Shown: positions 37,900 through 51,918 of the stretch, in pieces
Position numbering within the stretch: the first letter of the stretch is position 1
How the letters are laid out: every line of letters starts with the position of its first letter
Origin: Octopus bimaculoides
Lineage: Eukaryota
DNA: 64,000 nt
Direction: 5' to 3'
Assembly (NCBI RefSeq): GCF_001194135.2
Contig: NC_068982.1
Span: 144,162,834 to 144,226,833 of the forward strand
Position numbers and translations under genes: made by a program
The notes under the pieces: generated by a model
Told to the model about the DNA's origin: nothing
Databases searched by the model: none
What the model saw: only the letters and a program-made list of their open reading frames with translations

Positions 37900-38660
37900 A
37901 TTTAGAGACAATATCATCTGTTAGGAACAATGCATTGGCAAGGAGACGCTTTTCTGTATAGACTTTGACAGTCTGTTTGCCTGTCCACGTGGATTAGTAT
38001 ATTACATAGTACGGTCACTTTGTCATTCTCCAAGACTGTTTTAAGTGTATGTTTATGCTATTCCTTCTGTCAGTATTTCATAAGGCTGGCCTAATTCCTA
38101 GAATATGAAAGCTCCAACTTTTTCATGCCTCTACTCTCTCTCAATTTTAGCTAACAATGGGCAGCCAGAAACAACTTTATTTCTCCTTTTGCATAATCTG
38201 TAGATATTGTCTGTGTGCATATGTTCTGGTTCAATATATGCTTTTGGTATTTCCTGATAAAGCTTGGATCTCATCCCACAATCATAAAATTCTTCTGTAT
38301 CAGCTTCCAGTCCAACCATTATCCACTTTTTCCCATATTCAGTTTTCTCAGTTAGTGGTCATGTAGAAGACTTTTCTCACTATCATCTTAATATGACATT
38401 CAATAGTCTCATTTTTAAAATTTTCCAACAAGTCCTGCTGTTGTTTCTTCATTCTCCTTGCAACGGCTATAACCTCATCTTCTGCCATATGTTTGTTGGC
38501 TTTGAAGACAGTATTTTTGTTCATGTTTATAGCTAGTTGTATTAGTTTCCAAATTATTCTGCACTAAATATTTTTGTAGTCCTACAGAAGGCCCTAACCT
38601 CTTGTATTGTGGTTTATACTATCTTCCTGTGTCAGATTTGTAGTGATGCATTCTAAATGC
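37900..38660 (-). mobile_element. R4/Dong-like (restriction-like endonuclease) non-LTR relic
   Basis: GLEADTEEF...YRLCK...VVSGCPLLAK..RHEKVG...KHTLKTVLENDKVTVL..IHVDR resembles the R4/Dong Zn knuckle and REL leader (GLKAETEGF/CRLC/HIVSGC/RHN/ENDKVTILWD); many stops. Confidence 0.75.
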
Positions 38661-39488
38661 AATCTAGTTTTGTTAATTCAATTTGTATTTAGTATAGAAT
38701 ATTGTAACTATAACATTACTGGAAACTACTTGAGATTTGATGTCTACCGCCTTATATCTCGCATTTGGTTCAGCTTTAATTTTTAATTGAATAAATCTAC
38801 AACATTCCCTCTATTCTTTTTTTTTTTTTTTTTTGTAAGTGTGATATATTCTGTCTAGCTAATTCCTAAATGTTTCAAAGTATATATATATTTATGGTCT
38901 AATTTTCTTATTTCAGTTTCTTAACATGATATTAGCAGTGTTTATTTTCTCTTCTAGGTTGCCATATCATATTTTTGTTAATTTCAATTTTTCTAATAAA
39001 TCCATTTACTGCATATAACATTATTTCCAGTTATTTACTATTTGAAATGTATAATTTGAAGTCATCTATTTACAAAAGACTGTTAAGTGTCCTCTCACAG
39101 TATTTGCATTCAATCCCATTCACGTTTAACATATGTCAAAGACGTTAAAGACGTTAACTCGAAGCAGAAAAGGCATGGAAAGAGATATCTCACTAGCACT
39201 TATTTATTCAAGAGGAATGACAGATGAGAAAAGTAGCACTGGTTGTGATTTGAATTCAGATCAGTAAAGTTTTGAATCAAATTCTGGAAAGTATTTAGCC
39301 TTTACATGAACTATCATTTTTCCCAGTGAACTAAATTCAGAGTTCACAAACACAAAAATCATTTCATAATTAGTAATAACTACACACTCATATATAAAGG
39401 CAATAGTAAATAAGCATTCATAATAAATACTGATTTCAGATCAGACTGAAATAATATATGTAAGAATATGCAAAGTTTACACAATATA

Positions 39489-40703
39489 CAGTGGTTGGAC
39501 AAAATAATGGAAACACCTAGCATCATAATTTTGAAATATCTATAAAACCGTTCAAAGCTTGTTTACTTCTATGTTTTTTGATTTATTATTAATGTTGCTT
39601 AATAGGTTTTGCTAAAATGGCTGTTTCTTTTCAGATATCATCAGAAAAAAGTAATTAAAACTCATTAAAATGACATATCTATCGAACTTTCAAAGAGGTC
39701 AAATTGTTGGTGCTTATATGGCAGGTGCTAACGTAAAGAAAACAGCTGAAATGTTTGGTGTATCAAGAAGTAGTGTCTCAAAAGTAATGACAGCCTTTGA
39801 GAAAGAGAGAAAAACCTCCTTGTCGAAACAAAACTCCGGAAGAAAACCAAAACTTTCAGATAGGGACCGTCAAACTCTTACGCAAATTGTTAGAAAGGAT
39901 CACAAAAGTACAGCTCCCAAAATTACTGCAGAGCTTAATGACCACCTCAAGAACCCAGTTTCCACAAAGACTGTTCGTTGGGAGCTACACAAAGTCGGAT
40001 TTCATGGGAGGGCTGCAATCAGAAAACCACTACTTTCAAAAACAAACGTTGCAAAGCATTTAGAGTGGAGTAAAAATCTACAGAATTGGTCCCGAGAGCA
40101 GTGGAAGAATGTTATTTTCTCAGACGAATCATCTATTACCTTATTTCCAACCACTGGCTGAGTATATGTGTGGAGACAGCCAAAAGAAGCATTTGACCCA
40201 GACTACCTTCTTCCAACTGTTAAACATGTACGAGGATCTCTGATGATCTGGGGGATATATCTTGGAAATCTGCCGGCTCAACAGTTTCCCTTCATGGCAG
40301 AATTAATAGTAAAGACAATTTAAGCATTGATCCTATGGTTGTGGAACTGTTTCCGGAGGGAAACGCAATCTTTCAGGATGATAATGCACCAATTCACACA
40401 ACTAAAGTTTCTGAATGACACGAGGAACATTCTAGTCCCCAGATCTCAATATTATTGAACATTTATGATGCATTTTAAAAAAACATGTAAGGAGTTGATA
40501 TCCTCCACCATCATCACTACAAGAACTAGAGACTGTTTTAGCTGAAGAATGGACAAAAATTCCTTTGGAAACAATTGAAACTTTGTACAAGTCCATGCCT
40601 CATAGAATTCAAGCTGTAATTACTGCCAGAGGCAGTCCAACCCCATATTAAAGTAAATTTGTTTGAAATTCTAAGGTATTTCCATTATTTTGTCCAATCC
40701 CTG
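39489..40703 (+). mobile_element. Tc1/mariner DNA transposon, defective DD34E-type transposase
   Basis: Inverted termini CAGTGGTTGGACAAAATAATGGAAA and CAGGGATTGGACAAAATAATGGAAA, each flanked by TA. ORF 39670-40161 encodes an HTH region and VIFSDES; further on are remnants FQDDNAPIH and SPDLNIIE, with stops and deletions. Confidence 0.95.
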
Positions 40704-41749
40704 TATCAATCACACAATAACTTAACTAGGAATGAGTATAAAGAGATATTACCAATATAACCAGAGTCAAAACTATAAGAAAATAAAAACTGATGGTTGC
40801 ATGGTTATATACACTAATGAGTATATTGCCTAATAGTGTAGATAGGATTTAGAGGTATGTGTTAGCTAACAGGGTAACAGAATATGATATTATTCTTTAA
40901 TAGTCAGTGAAACTAAGCATTTAAAAGATAAAGAATCACTAGAGAAATAATTTACTAACAGTTAATTTTTGGGTGGTGGAGGATGAAAGAAATACAGTCG
41001 ATCTTTTTTTTTTATGAAGAACAGAATTGACTCGACTGATTGTTTCAAATTTAAGGAGTAAGAACTGAGTAATGTGTGGCTTTTATTTTTGTACTACTAA
41101 CAGTTTAATGACATTTTAGGAGTACATAAGACTTCAAAAATTCATATTTAAAACAAATGGCAGATAACTGGTTAACTTAGATAAATGCAAAAAATAAACT
41201 TTACAACCTAAACCGTTACAAAGCATTTTGGAAAATACAACTAAATTGAATATGCTTTAAAAAAAAAAAAAAAAAGGCTGGGGTGGTGGGTGTAAAGGCA
41301 AGAGGTTACGTGTTGACAAATAGAAAACTAAATCAAACTTGGATTTGATTTATTTTTTTGAATGGATTAACACAAGCTGATTAAATTGATTGGACATTCT
41401 CAGATAATCGGTATCAGATATAAGATTGAAGTTAAGTAAATAAGTGTAGCTGAAAGAAACCAGAAGCTTTAATGGATCTTCTCGTTCATGTTACTGACAA
41501 AAATAAGTCAATACTGACAAGACTACATGAAAACCCTAAAGTTTCTACGATGGCCTACTTGAAAAAAAAAAAAAAACTAAAGAAGAATTTAATTAAAATA
41601 AGGTGTTAGCTAAATTAAAAATATCAATTTAAACACTGGATAGTCTTTTTTAATATTGCCAGAATTATCTTAGCATTCTTGTAGGAGTGCAGTTATATAT
41701 CCAGTAGGAGTAAATTAATTTTCCAGTAAATTCAGAACATTTTCTACCT

Positions 41750-42105
41750 TTTGTCTTTTACTTGTTTCAGTCATTGGACTGTGGTCATGAGGGAGCACCA
41801 CCTAGAATGGTTTTAGTTCAACAAATCGCCCCTAATACCTAAATTTTTAAAAAGTCTGGTTCTTATTCTATCAATCTCTTTTACAGATCTGTTAAGGAAA
41901 CATGAACAAACCAACACCAGTCGTCAAGTGGTGGTTAAGCAGGAACAAATATATACAGGGTTTCTGTCTACTAAATTTGCTACCAAGGCATCAGTTGGCC
42001 CAGGGCTTTAGTAGAAAACACTCGCCCAAGGTGCCATGTAGTGAGGCTGAACCTGAAACCATGTAGTTGCAAAGTGAGCTTCTTCACCACACAGCCAAGC
42101 CAGCA
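41750..42105 (-). mobile_element. Long composite tRNA/CORE-like SINE
   Basis: tRNA-like head near 42105, cccaaggtgcc CORE-like block, then the tttacttgtttcagtcattggactgtgg tail block. Confidence 0.6.
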
Positions 42106-43939
42106 TGTAAAATACTTGCAATCAAATTTACGTTCAGGATTGTAAGTGGTTGAAGACAAGAATGATAAAGACATTGATTTTGAGGGTAACATCTTAAAGA
42201 CATGAATTTTGATCTAACTGCTTTAAGATATATTAGAAGACCCAAATCTAAACATTGCACCTATGAGGACAGCCTGTTGCCATCATACAGCAATATAACT
42301 TTCTACCAGCAAAAGTTCTGACTACTGAAATACAAAATAATAAAAAAAATGGCTAATCATGCTTAAGAAGCCATAAAGAAAAAAAAATGTATGCAGCTTT
42401 TGACTAGCTGGATGAAATGAAATGCAAACACAAGTAAATAATTTTAAATATCAATATAAAATGGCATAGCACATACCACAGAAATAGTGGGGAGAAAATG
42501 GTAAAAATCTACAGGAAAACATTAAAAATAAAATGAAGAGCACTGCAAGTAAAAGTAAGAAGAAGCCAGATAAAAGGAATCTGATAAAGGAGATTAGTAA
42601 TGGTTTCTTGATTTGATTTTGTCTCCAGAGTTATATTTTAAATGAATTTGTGAGTAATATTGCTCATTGAAGTTTCCCTATCTTCTTATTCCTAAAATTT
42701 GCAGTATATTTGAATAATGTTATCAGGCCCTATGACATAAAACTAAGAGGGAGAGAGCAGGGTACTGAGATAACATAATGGCTAACCCTTTCAAAAGTTT
42801 TAATCTAAAGAAGAGACCCTGTAACTTAGCAACATATTTAAAGCTTTTTCTTAAGATTAACATTAATGCTAACAAGGGAGCCCTTTCATTGTTGCTGCAC
42901 CTGCCAATGTGGCTGTCATAAACAACTTCCTCATCATCCTTAAAAAATAATACTAAATGGTGAAGTCAAAGCCTTAGTAGCTTAAACATCATTAAACTGA
43001 TAAAGGTAATGAGAATGATAATTCTGAGAATAGGTATGTGTATTGAAGAATTTTATAGTATTCTACAAATGGATTGGATTGCCTATGTTCAGTCCACTGT
43101 AGGATGACATTAGAACAGCTATGTGGATTATATATTCTAAAAAGTAATTAAATCAATTACTATGTGGCTTGAAACAAATTTATGAAGATGACTATTGCTG
43201 TTTATCCCCAGGTCAAGTAAAATTTATGAGTAAAGGCAATCAAGCTTTCCTTCTTTTGATTATACATAGTATGTATGTCTACATTATTCAATGCATTCTT
43301 TTGCTATTAAGATAGTATGGTGTGATTTGAAGGAGATTTAGATGATATTTCCAGCAGGTGATACAACAAATACAGGCCTCTTTGCTGGCATGGAGTTTTA
43401 GTCTATTGAAACAAGCTGTCAATGTCTCAACATTATTGAAAGAAAACAGAAGTAACACATAGTAAATTCAGTAGACTAAGATATTGTTGGAATTTCACTC
43501 AGAACAAACTTAGCTTTAGAAAGAATGAATTTCAGTTCTGTGATATGGAAGTGGAAGTTTAAAATACCTAGTTGCCAGTGATAAACATCACAAGTAAGAT
43601 AAGTTGTTCTCAAGTCACTATCAAAATATTTCTTCACTTAGTTGAACAAATTATATTTTATTCTGATAACTATCCTACTAACAACTAATTTACTTTATAG
43701 TTTTATACTTTTGATACAATATATTAAAACTATTTTAGTTTTATTTTGTATATAAAGTCAGATGTGTTTTATAACTAATGGAAAAAATTTTAAGCAAAAT
43801 CATTTTCTTCTCAGGAGGGGAAAGAAGTTGTTAGTTTAAAAATTGAAGGAAAATAAAATTGATAGGACTGTACACTAGTTCTGCATACTAGCAACATGTT
43901 ATTTACACTAAATTTAATGACAATCAGTAGTGTACTTAC

Positions 43940-44031
43940 CTGCTGTGTGAGGGACTTAAATGAGATGATGGTGAGTCAGGAGGAAGACAAGAGGTCATTT
44001 CTTCATCAGGAATTATTTCAGGATTGTCCAT
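43940..44031 (-). CDS. FRMD4: FRMD4 exon (MDNPEIIPDEEMTSCLPPDSPSSHLSPSHS), phase 0-2
   Basis: cttttcattctag| acceptor and CAG|gtaagt donor; only frame 0 is open; phases join 48056 to 32887. Confidence 0.82.
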
Positions 44032-45429
44032 CTAGAATGAAAAGAAATGTGACAATATAACCAACATGAGAGCATAAATAATGAAACAGTGCCCACAAAT
44101 TAAATATTATAAAGGAAACAATAGCTGGGAGATTAAGGTGTTGGTCTACCGACTCCAACAGCAAGAATTCACACTAGGATGGTTGTGTCCTGGATAAGGC
44201 ACAAAATTCTGCTCAAATCAGTTTTTATGACTAGCAATGGAGCCTACTTGTACTTCATAAAAGAGTAGTTAGCTTTAAGAAAAACCACTGCACACTGTTA
44301 GCATTAGAAAATATGTTGTGTAAAATAGCTAAAATAATAAGTGAAATAAAAATGACTACAATAGAATGAAAATAAGTTGTCTTGAGACAAATTATGTCAG
44401 AGGGAAAATAAAAATAATTTTTTTCATTTATTTGTCCTGCATCCTCAACGCATTTTTTGCAGGTAGAAAAAATATTTGGAATTAAGTTAAAAGAGCAATA
44501 TAAATATTATTAAGTTTAATTTAACAGCTGATAAAATTTTAATACAGCAATTTGCTGAGACAAATATAATCATCACTAACAATATTAGCAAACAACTTTG
44601 GTCAAATGGGAGGACTCTCTTTCGCAGTAAATGGAAGGAGCCCCTTCACAGTTCTTCAACCTGCAAGAAAGAGTAACCAAATCTTACTGAAACCACATCC
44701 TACTGCCTTCAAAAAGTGGAAGGATACATTGAATAATGTTGTCCCAGATATATAAAATGTCACAGGATACTTAGGATTTTAGGTCTCCTGGATCAGGCAA
44801 CGTATGAAATAGTATGATATAATAATAATATGATACTAGTTTCATACTATTTAAATATCAATCTATTGACATGGTTTGGGTTTGTACAGTAAAGTGAAAG
44901 GTGAGCCTCTAACAAACTGAGTGCATTAACTAATTTCCATTGTTTAGTGAAACCATTTCACTTTACTTATTTTGCTAATACTCTTGAAAAAGATTTGAAA
45001 AGTAATGCTATCTCATTCCCAGATCTGGCTTTGTACTCAAGAGAAAATTCAATATAATTCAATCAACAGTCTAGGTGTATGACTTTGTTGCAATCTGACT
45101 TATTGACAAAAAAAACATGACCCACTCCTGCCATCAGGAGGGGTTTCTGTAATTAATATGTTGATGTTATGCTGTAAAGTTGTATATCATATTAAGACTC
45201 ATGAAATTTTCTCTATTTTGATATACATCTTAAGTCACAATTTACAACTTGAATATATAGAAAATGCCATTTTAACATTAGTAAACTAGCATTTTTAATT
45301 TAAATGGTGCCACTGTATAGGAGCAATTTTTTCACCTCTGTAAAAATGCAATGATTGGAGAAATTCAATATAAAAAGAAGTAAAGGAGAGATGTAGTTTG
45401 AACCAACTAGGATTATATGTACTAGTTTT

Positions 45430-46600
45430 GAACAGTTTGATGAGGTGCAGCAACATCAAAGGCAGGTTAACTAGCAAGTTAGTTTTTGTTTGTGGCAGAT
45501 GTTCAGGTGCAATAAAGACTGCAAACAAACAGGAAACAACTTCTATCTCATTCCAGGGTGAAAAACTAGAGGTAGTCGATAGCTTCCGCTATCTGGGCGA
45601 CCAAGTTAGTAGTGGGGGTGGGTGCGCTGAAAGTGTAGCTGCTAGAATAAGAATAGCCTGGGCAAAGTTTAGAGAGCTCTTACCCCTGCTGGCGACAAAG
45701 GGACTCTCACTCAGAGTAAAAGGCAGACTGTATGACGCATGCGTACGAACAACCATGCTACATGGCAGTGANNNNNNNNNNNNNNNNNNNNNNNNNNNNN
45801 NNNNNNNNNNNNNNNNNNNNNNNNNNNNNNNNNNNNNNNNNNNNNNNNNNNNNNNNNNNNNNNNNNNNNNNNNNNNNNNNNNNNNNNNNNNNNNNNNNNN
45901 NNNNNNNNNNNNNNNNNNNNNNNNNNNNNNNNNNNNNNNNNNNNNNNNNNNNNNNNNNNNNNNNNNNNNNNNNNNNNNNNNNNNNNNNNNNNNNNNNNNN
46001 NNNNNNNNNNNNNNNNNNNNNNNNNNNNNNNNNNNNNNNNNNNNNNNNNNNNNNNNNNNNNNNNNNNNNNNNNNNNNNNNNNNNNNNNNNNNNNNNNNNN
46101 NNNNNNNNNNNNNNNNNNNNNNNNNNNNNNNNNNNNNNNNNNNNNNNNNNNNNNNNNNNNNNNNNNNNNNNNNNNNNNNNNNNNNNNNNNNNNNNNNNNN
46201 NNNNNNNNNNNNNNNNNNNNNNNNNNNNNNNNNNNNNNNNNNNNNNNNNNNNNNNNNNNNNNNNNNNNNNNNNNNNNNNNNNNNNNNNNNNNNNNNNNNN
46301 NNNNNNNNNNNNNNNNNNNNNNNNNNNNNNNNNNNNNNNNNNNNNNNNNNNNNNNNNNNNNNNNNNNNNNNGGCACATAAAAGACACCATTTCGAGCGTG
46401 GCCGTTTTCGTGCGGGTGACACGTAAAAGCACCCACTACACTCTCTGAGTGGTTGGCGTTAGGAAGGGCATCCAGCTGTAGAAACTCTGCCAAATCAGAC
46501 TGGAGCCTGGTGTTGCCACCCGGTTTCACCAGTCCTCAGTCAAATCGTCCAACCCATGCTAGCATGGAAAGCGGACGTTAAACGATGATGATGATGATGA
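45430..46600 (+). mobile_element. Young 5'-truncated RTE-clade LINE (RT C-terminus, 600-nt N gap, 3' UTR, (GAT)n tail)
   Basis: Open frame ...LEVVDSFRYLGDQVSSGGGCAESVAARIRIAWAKFRELLPLL...YDACVRTTMLHGS; the tail ends acccatgctagcatggaaagcggacgttaaac(gat)n; CpGs are retained. Confidence 0.9.
45772..46371. other. Assembly gap (N run)
   Basis: 600 N inside an RTE copy. Confidence 1.
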
Positions 46601-48055
46601 CAGGTACAGAAACACAGCTAATCAATAAAATGAAGAACCAATGCAAATTGGAATTAGCCTGAATGTGAATTTAGGTCTAGAACCTAATTGCTCAGTGCTA
46701 TTCTAAACACTAAATCTCTATCTCCAAAGAAGGAATTTGTTCAAAATGTTACTGCTCACATTTCCTGACAATATACAAACTCAAATACATGCATATGATT
46801 TCACTGCTAGTTTCCTCAGATTCGGGGTGTTTTATAATATAACAGTTTTGTCCCTGGTGTTATATTATCTAGCATTTTTGGCTTAACATTTTAATAAATC
46901 ATTATTAAAGACATTTCCTTAATTTGACTGAGCATTCAATATGGTCTTTGGTTGGATTCTTTTCCTACTGAAAATAGCTAGACTATGAAAAGAGACTGAT
47001 GTGATTATGTATATTGAAAGGATTTAAAAAAAAAAAAACATATTTCACTAAGCAATACTACCTTTTTAAATTAAAAATGAGAGTTGAAAGTTGTATAAAA
47101 ACAGAGGAGTTTAAGACTTGCCATTTGTAAGCTGATGTCCTAGTTCTCATAGCTGAAGCTGTTGACGAATTAGAGAATTCCAAACTTGAAGTAAAATTTA
47201 TTAAGGCAATTAAGGTTTAGTTAGTAGGAAAGAAGACAGGATTCTATTGCCATTGAGGAAATGGTCAGGTTTGACGTGCAGAAAATCAGTAGCTAGAAAT
47301 TCCATATAGCTTACTTTATATTGAATAAATATGGATGCATAAGAGGTGCATTGGGATTACAGACAGGTTGACAGAAAAGAAAGACTTTGTATGAAACAAC
47401 AAACTAAGAAAATGTTGGGTATAAGAGCTACAAAAAAACTGGATGCAGAGTATAAGGAAGAAGAGTACATTGATATGGACCTGTGATGTGTATGGAAGAT
47501 ACAATTGGTTCTTTCCACTTAGATGACTTGACACTAATTGGTAAAGAAGTGCCAAGCCATCTAAGTGAAAGGAATTGCCAGAAGTGAAAGATCAAGTAGA
47601 GCAATTTGGAAAGATGAGGTAGAAGCTAATCACACAAGAGAGATGTCAAAGAACTGTAACAAGTTCCAAGACATTGTACTGGAGAAAGCCTCATTCACCC
47701 AGGCTAGCATGGAAAAACAGGCATATGATAATCCTGAAAAAAAAAAAAATTTTTTTTTCACTTATTGTGTCTGGAATAAGGAGCATTACCCATAACTTTT
47801 GCAGCCCCTCTGAGATCAGTGAGCTTGATGCTGTTAATGTTCTGTTTAAATATTGCAAGTCAACTATTGTAAGAAATACCTGAATAATACTAAGAATTAA
47901 ATTATTTTAAATTGAAAAAGCAATTAGATAAAGGTGCTTAGTACTAAAGTAGTGAGGGGAAACAGCTTAAGGAAGTAAGGTTTTGGATTTATCTGTCAAG
48001 TATCCCTAAAAAAGGTGGTTAGAGAATATATAGAGAATAGAGTATAGTAACTTAC

Positions 48056-48135
48056 ATTATTTGTGAAAGACACATGAGAACAGTCTCTTTTAGAATGAGG
48101 AACAGGAGATGGAACTGGTGATATCATCTCAGGTT
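48056..48135 (-). CDS. FRMD4: FRMD4 exon (EPEMISPVPSPVPHSKRDCSHVSFTNN), phase 1-0
   Basis: tttttatttcag| acceptor and AAT|gtaagt donor; supplies the phase 1-to-0 change required between its neighbours. Confidence 0.8.
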
Positions 48136-51100
48136 CTGAAATAAAAATTAATGTGAATGTATGTATTATTTATAAAGTTTAATAAATATAATGATAACTG
48201 TCACTGGAGTTGTGTGTGTGTAATCATGTTTTAAACTGCTTTTGTACAGATCAAATGACTTCTCAAAGAGAATCGAACTCACATTTTTTGTTGATAGTAT
48301 GGTGTATTACATTTGCTTTGTATATCTGCAAATAACATTGCTCACAAAAATGTAAGCAAATATTTATCATTTAATTCTACTTTATCACTAAAAATATTTA
48401 ACATCTAAAAATTCAATTACTTAAGCATTTTTGAATCAATGAATTGCTATTCACACACACAAACCAATGATGGTAAAATTTAGTTCTTAACCAACAGGGA
48501 GCTAAACAGCCAAATCTCCCTTAAGTTACACCCTACATTTTGTTTTTTAAAGAACATTAGATAATGTGGTGCCAGGCTCCTTGTACATAGAAAAAAAAAA
48601 AGGGGGATAGTCATAGCTGGAATGCCTTTGACTATAGATCTACTCAAACAAGGCTGAAATATTCTTACCATGCCATATTTTGTTAACATATAGAATTATA
48701 TCATTTCTTCAATAACATGGCTATAGACTTCCTAAGTAACATTTTCGATATTAATAGGACATAATTGCATAGTATAATCTGTATTTTTAACGATAAACTT
48801 GAAAGAAAATGAGATAACTATAACAGATGTAAATTTGGTAGAAAATAATATCAAGTTCCTTCAACTTAAAGTCAGAGTTTTGAGGAAAAACCATAAAGGT
48901 TAAAACTTGTGAGCCTGATGACAAAATACAATTTGAGTTCAGTTTTGTCTGTATACCTGGAGAATGTCTGAATATTTAAATAAGCATTATCGTAGTCTTA
49001 ACTCAGTAGTACTATGACCTATATGACTATGATAATTACAGACAAGATCTAGTATAATATTTAATAGTACTGTATATTCAATCAAGATTTTGTGAGTTCA
49101 TTAGGTAGTATATTTAAGTTTTCTTGAACAATCTCTGAAGGAAAGTTTTACTGAAATTAAATATTTTTAGCAACACAAGACAGGAATAGAATCAAGAAAC
49201 TGGAGAAAAGGAGTGAAATTATGGAGAATGTGAAACAAAAATAATGAAAATTAAAAGAGTTTTAAAGATTGCAGAGATCAAGATTAGCATTCTGATTTCA
49301 AATGCAGAGACAAGAATTTTAAGATTTTAAAGCTGACAACATAGAATAATAAATGTCAATAATTTTAGAAACTGAAAATGACAATAAGAAAAGCAGTTTC
49401 TAGACATCAAAGATAACATGCAACAGAAGGTTGAGGAAAATAAAGATGAAACTAAATTATCAGAAGCCACTATTCTTTTTATTTTGTTTTAATGATAAAG
49501 AAATACAGTAGAAAGGGATATATTCATTGAAAGAGGAACTTTGTAATCACTGGCATAAGTTTTACAAATACAGATATATTTACATTTTCTTTCCTTTTTT
49601 TATTTTTGTTTCTTAGGTAATGAATCTTGGATAATTTCAAAGATTTGGAATATGAGCTGTTGGGGAGGTTGTTTTATAAGTAGAAGACATTAACACACCA
49701 TCCACACAATAGTGCTAAATATATTTAAGATAAGAAAATGTACAGTGGCTGTGATAAGGTTTAACAACCTCTATCATACTGACATGAGAGTAAATCTTAT
49801 CGTATGTTTCAATTTTGCTTTCAGTCTACACTAGTATAAATGGACCAGATTTTTGAAGAAGCTGTTTTTCAAAATAACAATGTCCAATCTAAACTGCTAA
49901 GCACTCAAGTAAGACTATGGTCAGTCAGGTAAATTAAAGCAAACACAGATATGTGCATTGTCCACAAGCATGACAAACAAATTGTAGTAAGAGCTGAATT
50001 AATGACCATACAATTAGTGTCATAATCCTTAAATACCAGAAACATTGACTCATACAGTCTGGCACATATAAAAGGTTAAGGTTTCAAATTACAAACAATT
50101 ATGTAATAAACTTTAATATTTTCACACAAGCTTTATCAAAGAGCTCTGAAGAATAGTATCACAAGTTTCATTAATGCTATTCATAATATTCATTATTGTA
50201 TTCATAACATACAGCTTTCAGCAAAACCTTTGCACTATTCCTGTCCTGGCTAATTCCTATCTTGAACCATCCATTTTACATGTAGTAACATGTTGTTGTT
50301 TAATTAATTCTGAATGAATATTCAGATCACATACTACCATGTTTGGCAGCTATTTTTAGCAGGTCAAGAGATCTAATAGCATTTTAATGATAGTATGTCA
50401 ACCATCCATATATACCTGTCATAACAGTATTCTAAAATGTATCAACTAAGCAATTTCTATGTTCTAGTATTTTTTCAATGAAAATGTATCACTCAAATAC
50501 TTTGATATATTTGTCCTATTGCTGTCTTTCTCTCACACACATTTTAAACAAAGGAAAATGATAACCAAGTTATTTTCTGTTGACTCTAGATGAAATAGAA
50601 ACAGGATTTTTAAAGAAAATGATGGAATTGTTTTATTCAAAGTCATAGGAGCTTGGATAACTAATGAAATACCCATCTGCTCCTTTTCTACAATGAACTG
50701 TCTTTCTTTGTAAACGGCAGTTACTTAAAGTAAGCCAAGTGAACCTGTAAGAGCTAAATGTATTGATTAAGAACAGAGTTTGGTGAGTATTGCTGATGGA
50801 ATGAAAACCGCAAAACCTTCACACAATAGCCAAGTATTACTCATTAAAGCAGCTGTGGTGATTCTATATTGACAAGATTGAAAAACAGTTCTGAAAATCA
50901 GACAAAATCTAAGCAGATGTTCTTACAATCAATTTCCTTTCCTCTAATTGAATAAGCCTTAACAAAATTGTAATTATTTTCTGGTCTTTTGATTTGGAGA
51001 AGGAAAGCAGAGCTCAGAATATTGAGAGGTTCACTTAGTCTGGAAACATGCCACAATTAGTCCGGATTAACAAAATTAAAACATTGCTTAAAAAGTGAGT

Positions 51101-51879
51101 TAATGCATGGGCAGGAGAAGTGAAGAAATAACGACGTAAAATGCACAAGTTAAATGGAGAGAGTGAGGAAGAGACAAGAGTAAGATATGTCTAAATAAAC
51201 ATATGCTATATAGTGAGAAAATTCAGAAGAGCCACTGCTCTTGTAATCATGTAATAATGGTAGACAAGGTAAAGCATAACAAGGAGTTATAGAAGATGAA
51301 ATTAATTTGTTATGGTGGATGGATTTTTTTTCAGTGCAATCTGATATCTCCCTGACTAGAGCATATAAACTACTCCATGAAAAAAAAAAATAAATAGATA
51401 AATAAAATGCTCCATGTATATAGCATATCTAATCTTTGTAAGTTAATGAGGAGACCACAAGAAATAATTATATCTAGCATAGGTAATAATTGCAAGGATA
51501 TTAACTTTGAAGTGAGAAGGAAGTTATTTCAAGAGATGTTTAACGTTTAGATTTTGAAAATTATTCATCAAAGTTTAGAACTGAAGCTTTAGAAGCCTTT
51601 ATCCTTTTGACTAAGCATTGACTTTGTGAAACTATATACAATGCATATACAAAGACACAAATGCTTTCTAATGCTGCAGGTATTTTGATATCTAAGAAGT
51701 ATTTATTTTGAGAAGAGCACTGATATAGACTTTTTAAATTAAAACAAAAAAGATAAGACTGAGAATTATTCAAAGCAGACAATAGAGATATATGCAGACA
51801 TTCAGATTTTAAAGAAATAAAAATAAAAGAGGAAAAGATAGCATTTGCATTGTCTGGAACTTGCAAATAAAGTACTGAC

Positions 51880-51918
51880 CACTATCAGTAGTAGGTCCAA
51901 GACTGTCCTCACTTGGGT
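51880..51918 (-). CDS. FRMD4: FRMD4 39-nt small exon (DPSEDSLGPTTDS), phase 1-1
   Basis: gcatccctag| acceptor and G|gtcagt donor; open. PSEDSL resembles vertebrate FRMD4A ASEDSSL just after CUPID (recalled). Confidence 0.65.

Noticed and set aside
45398-46529. Long ORFs spanning N runs (also 2966..3446)
   Set aside because: Their length comes from untranslatable N; only the RTE RT piece before 45772 is real.
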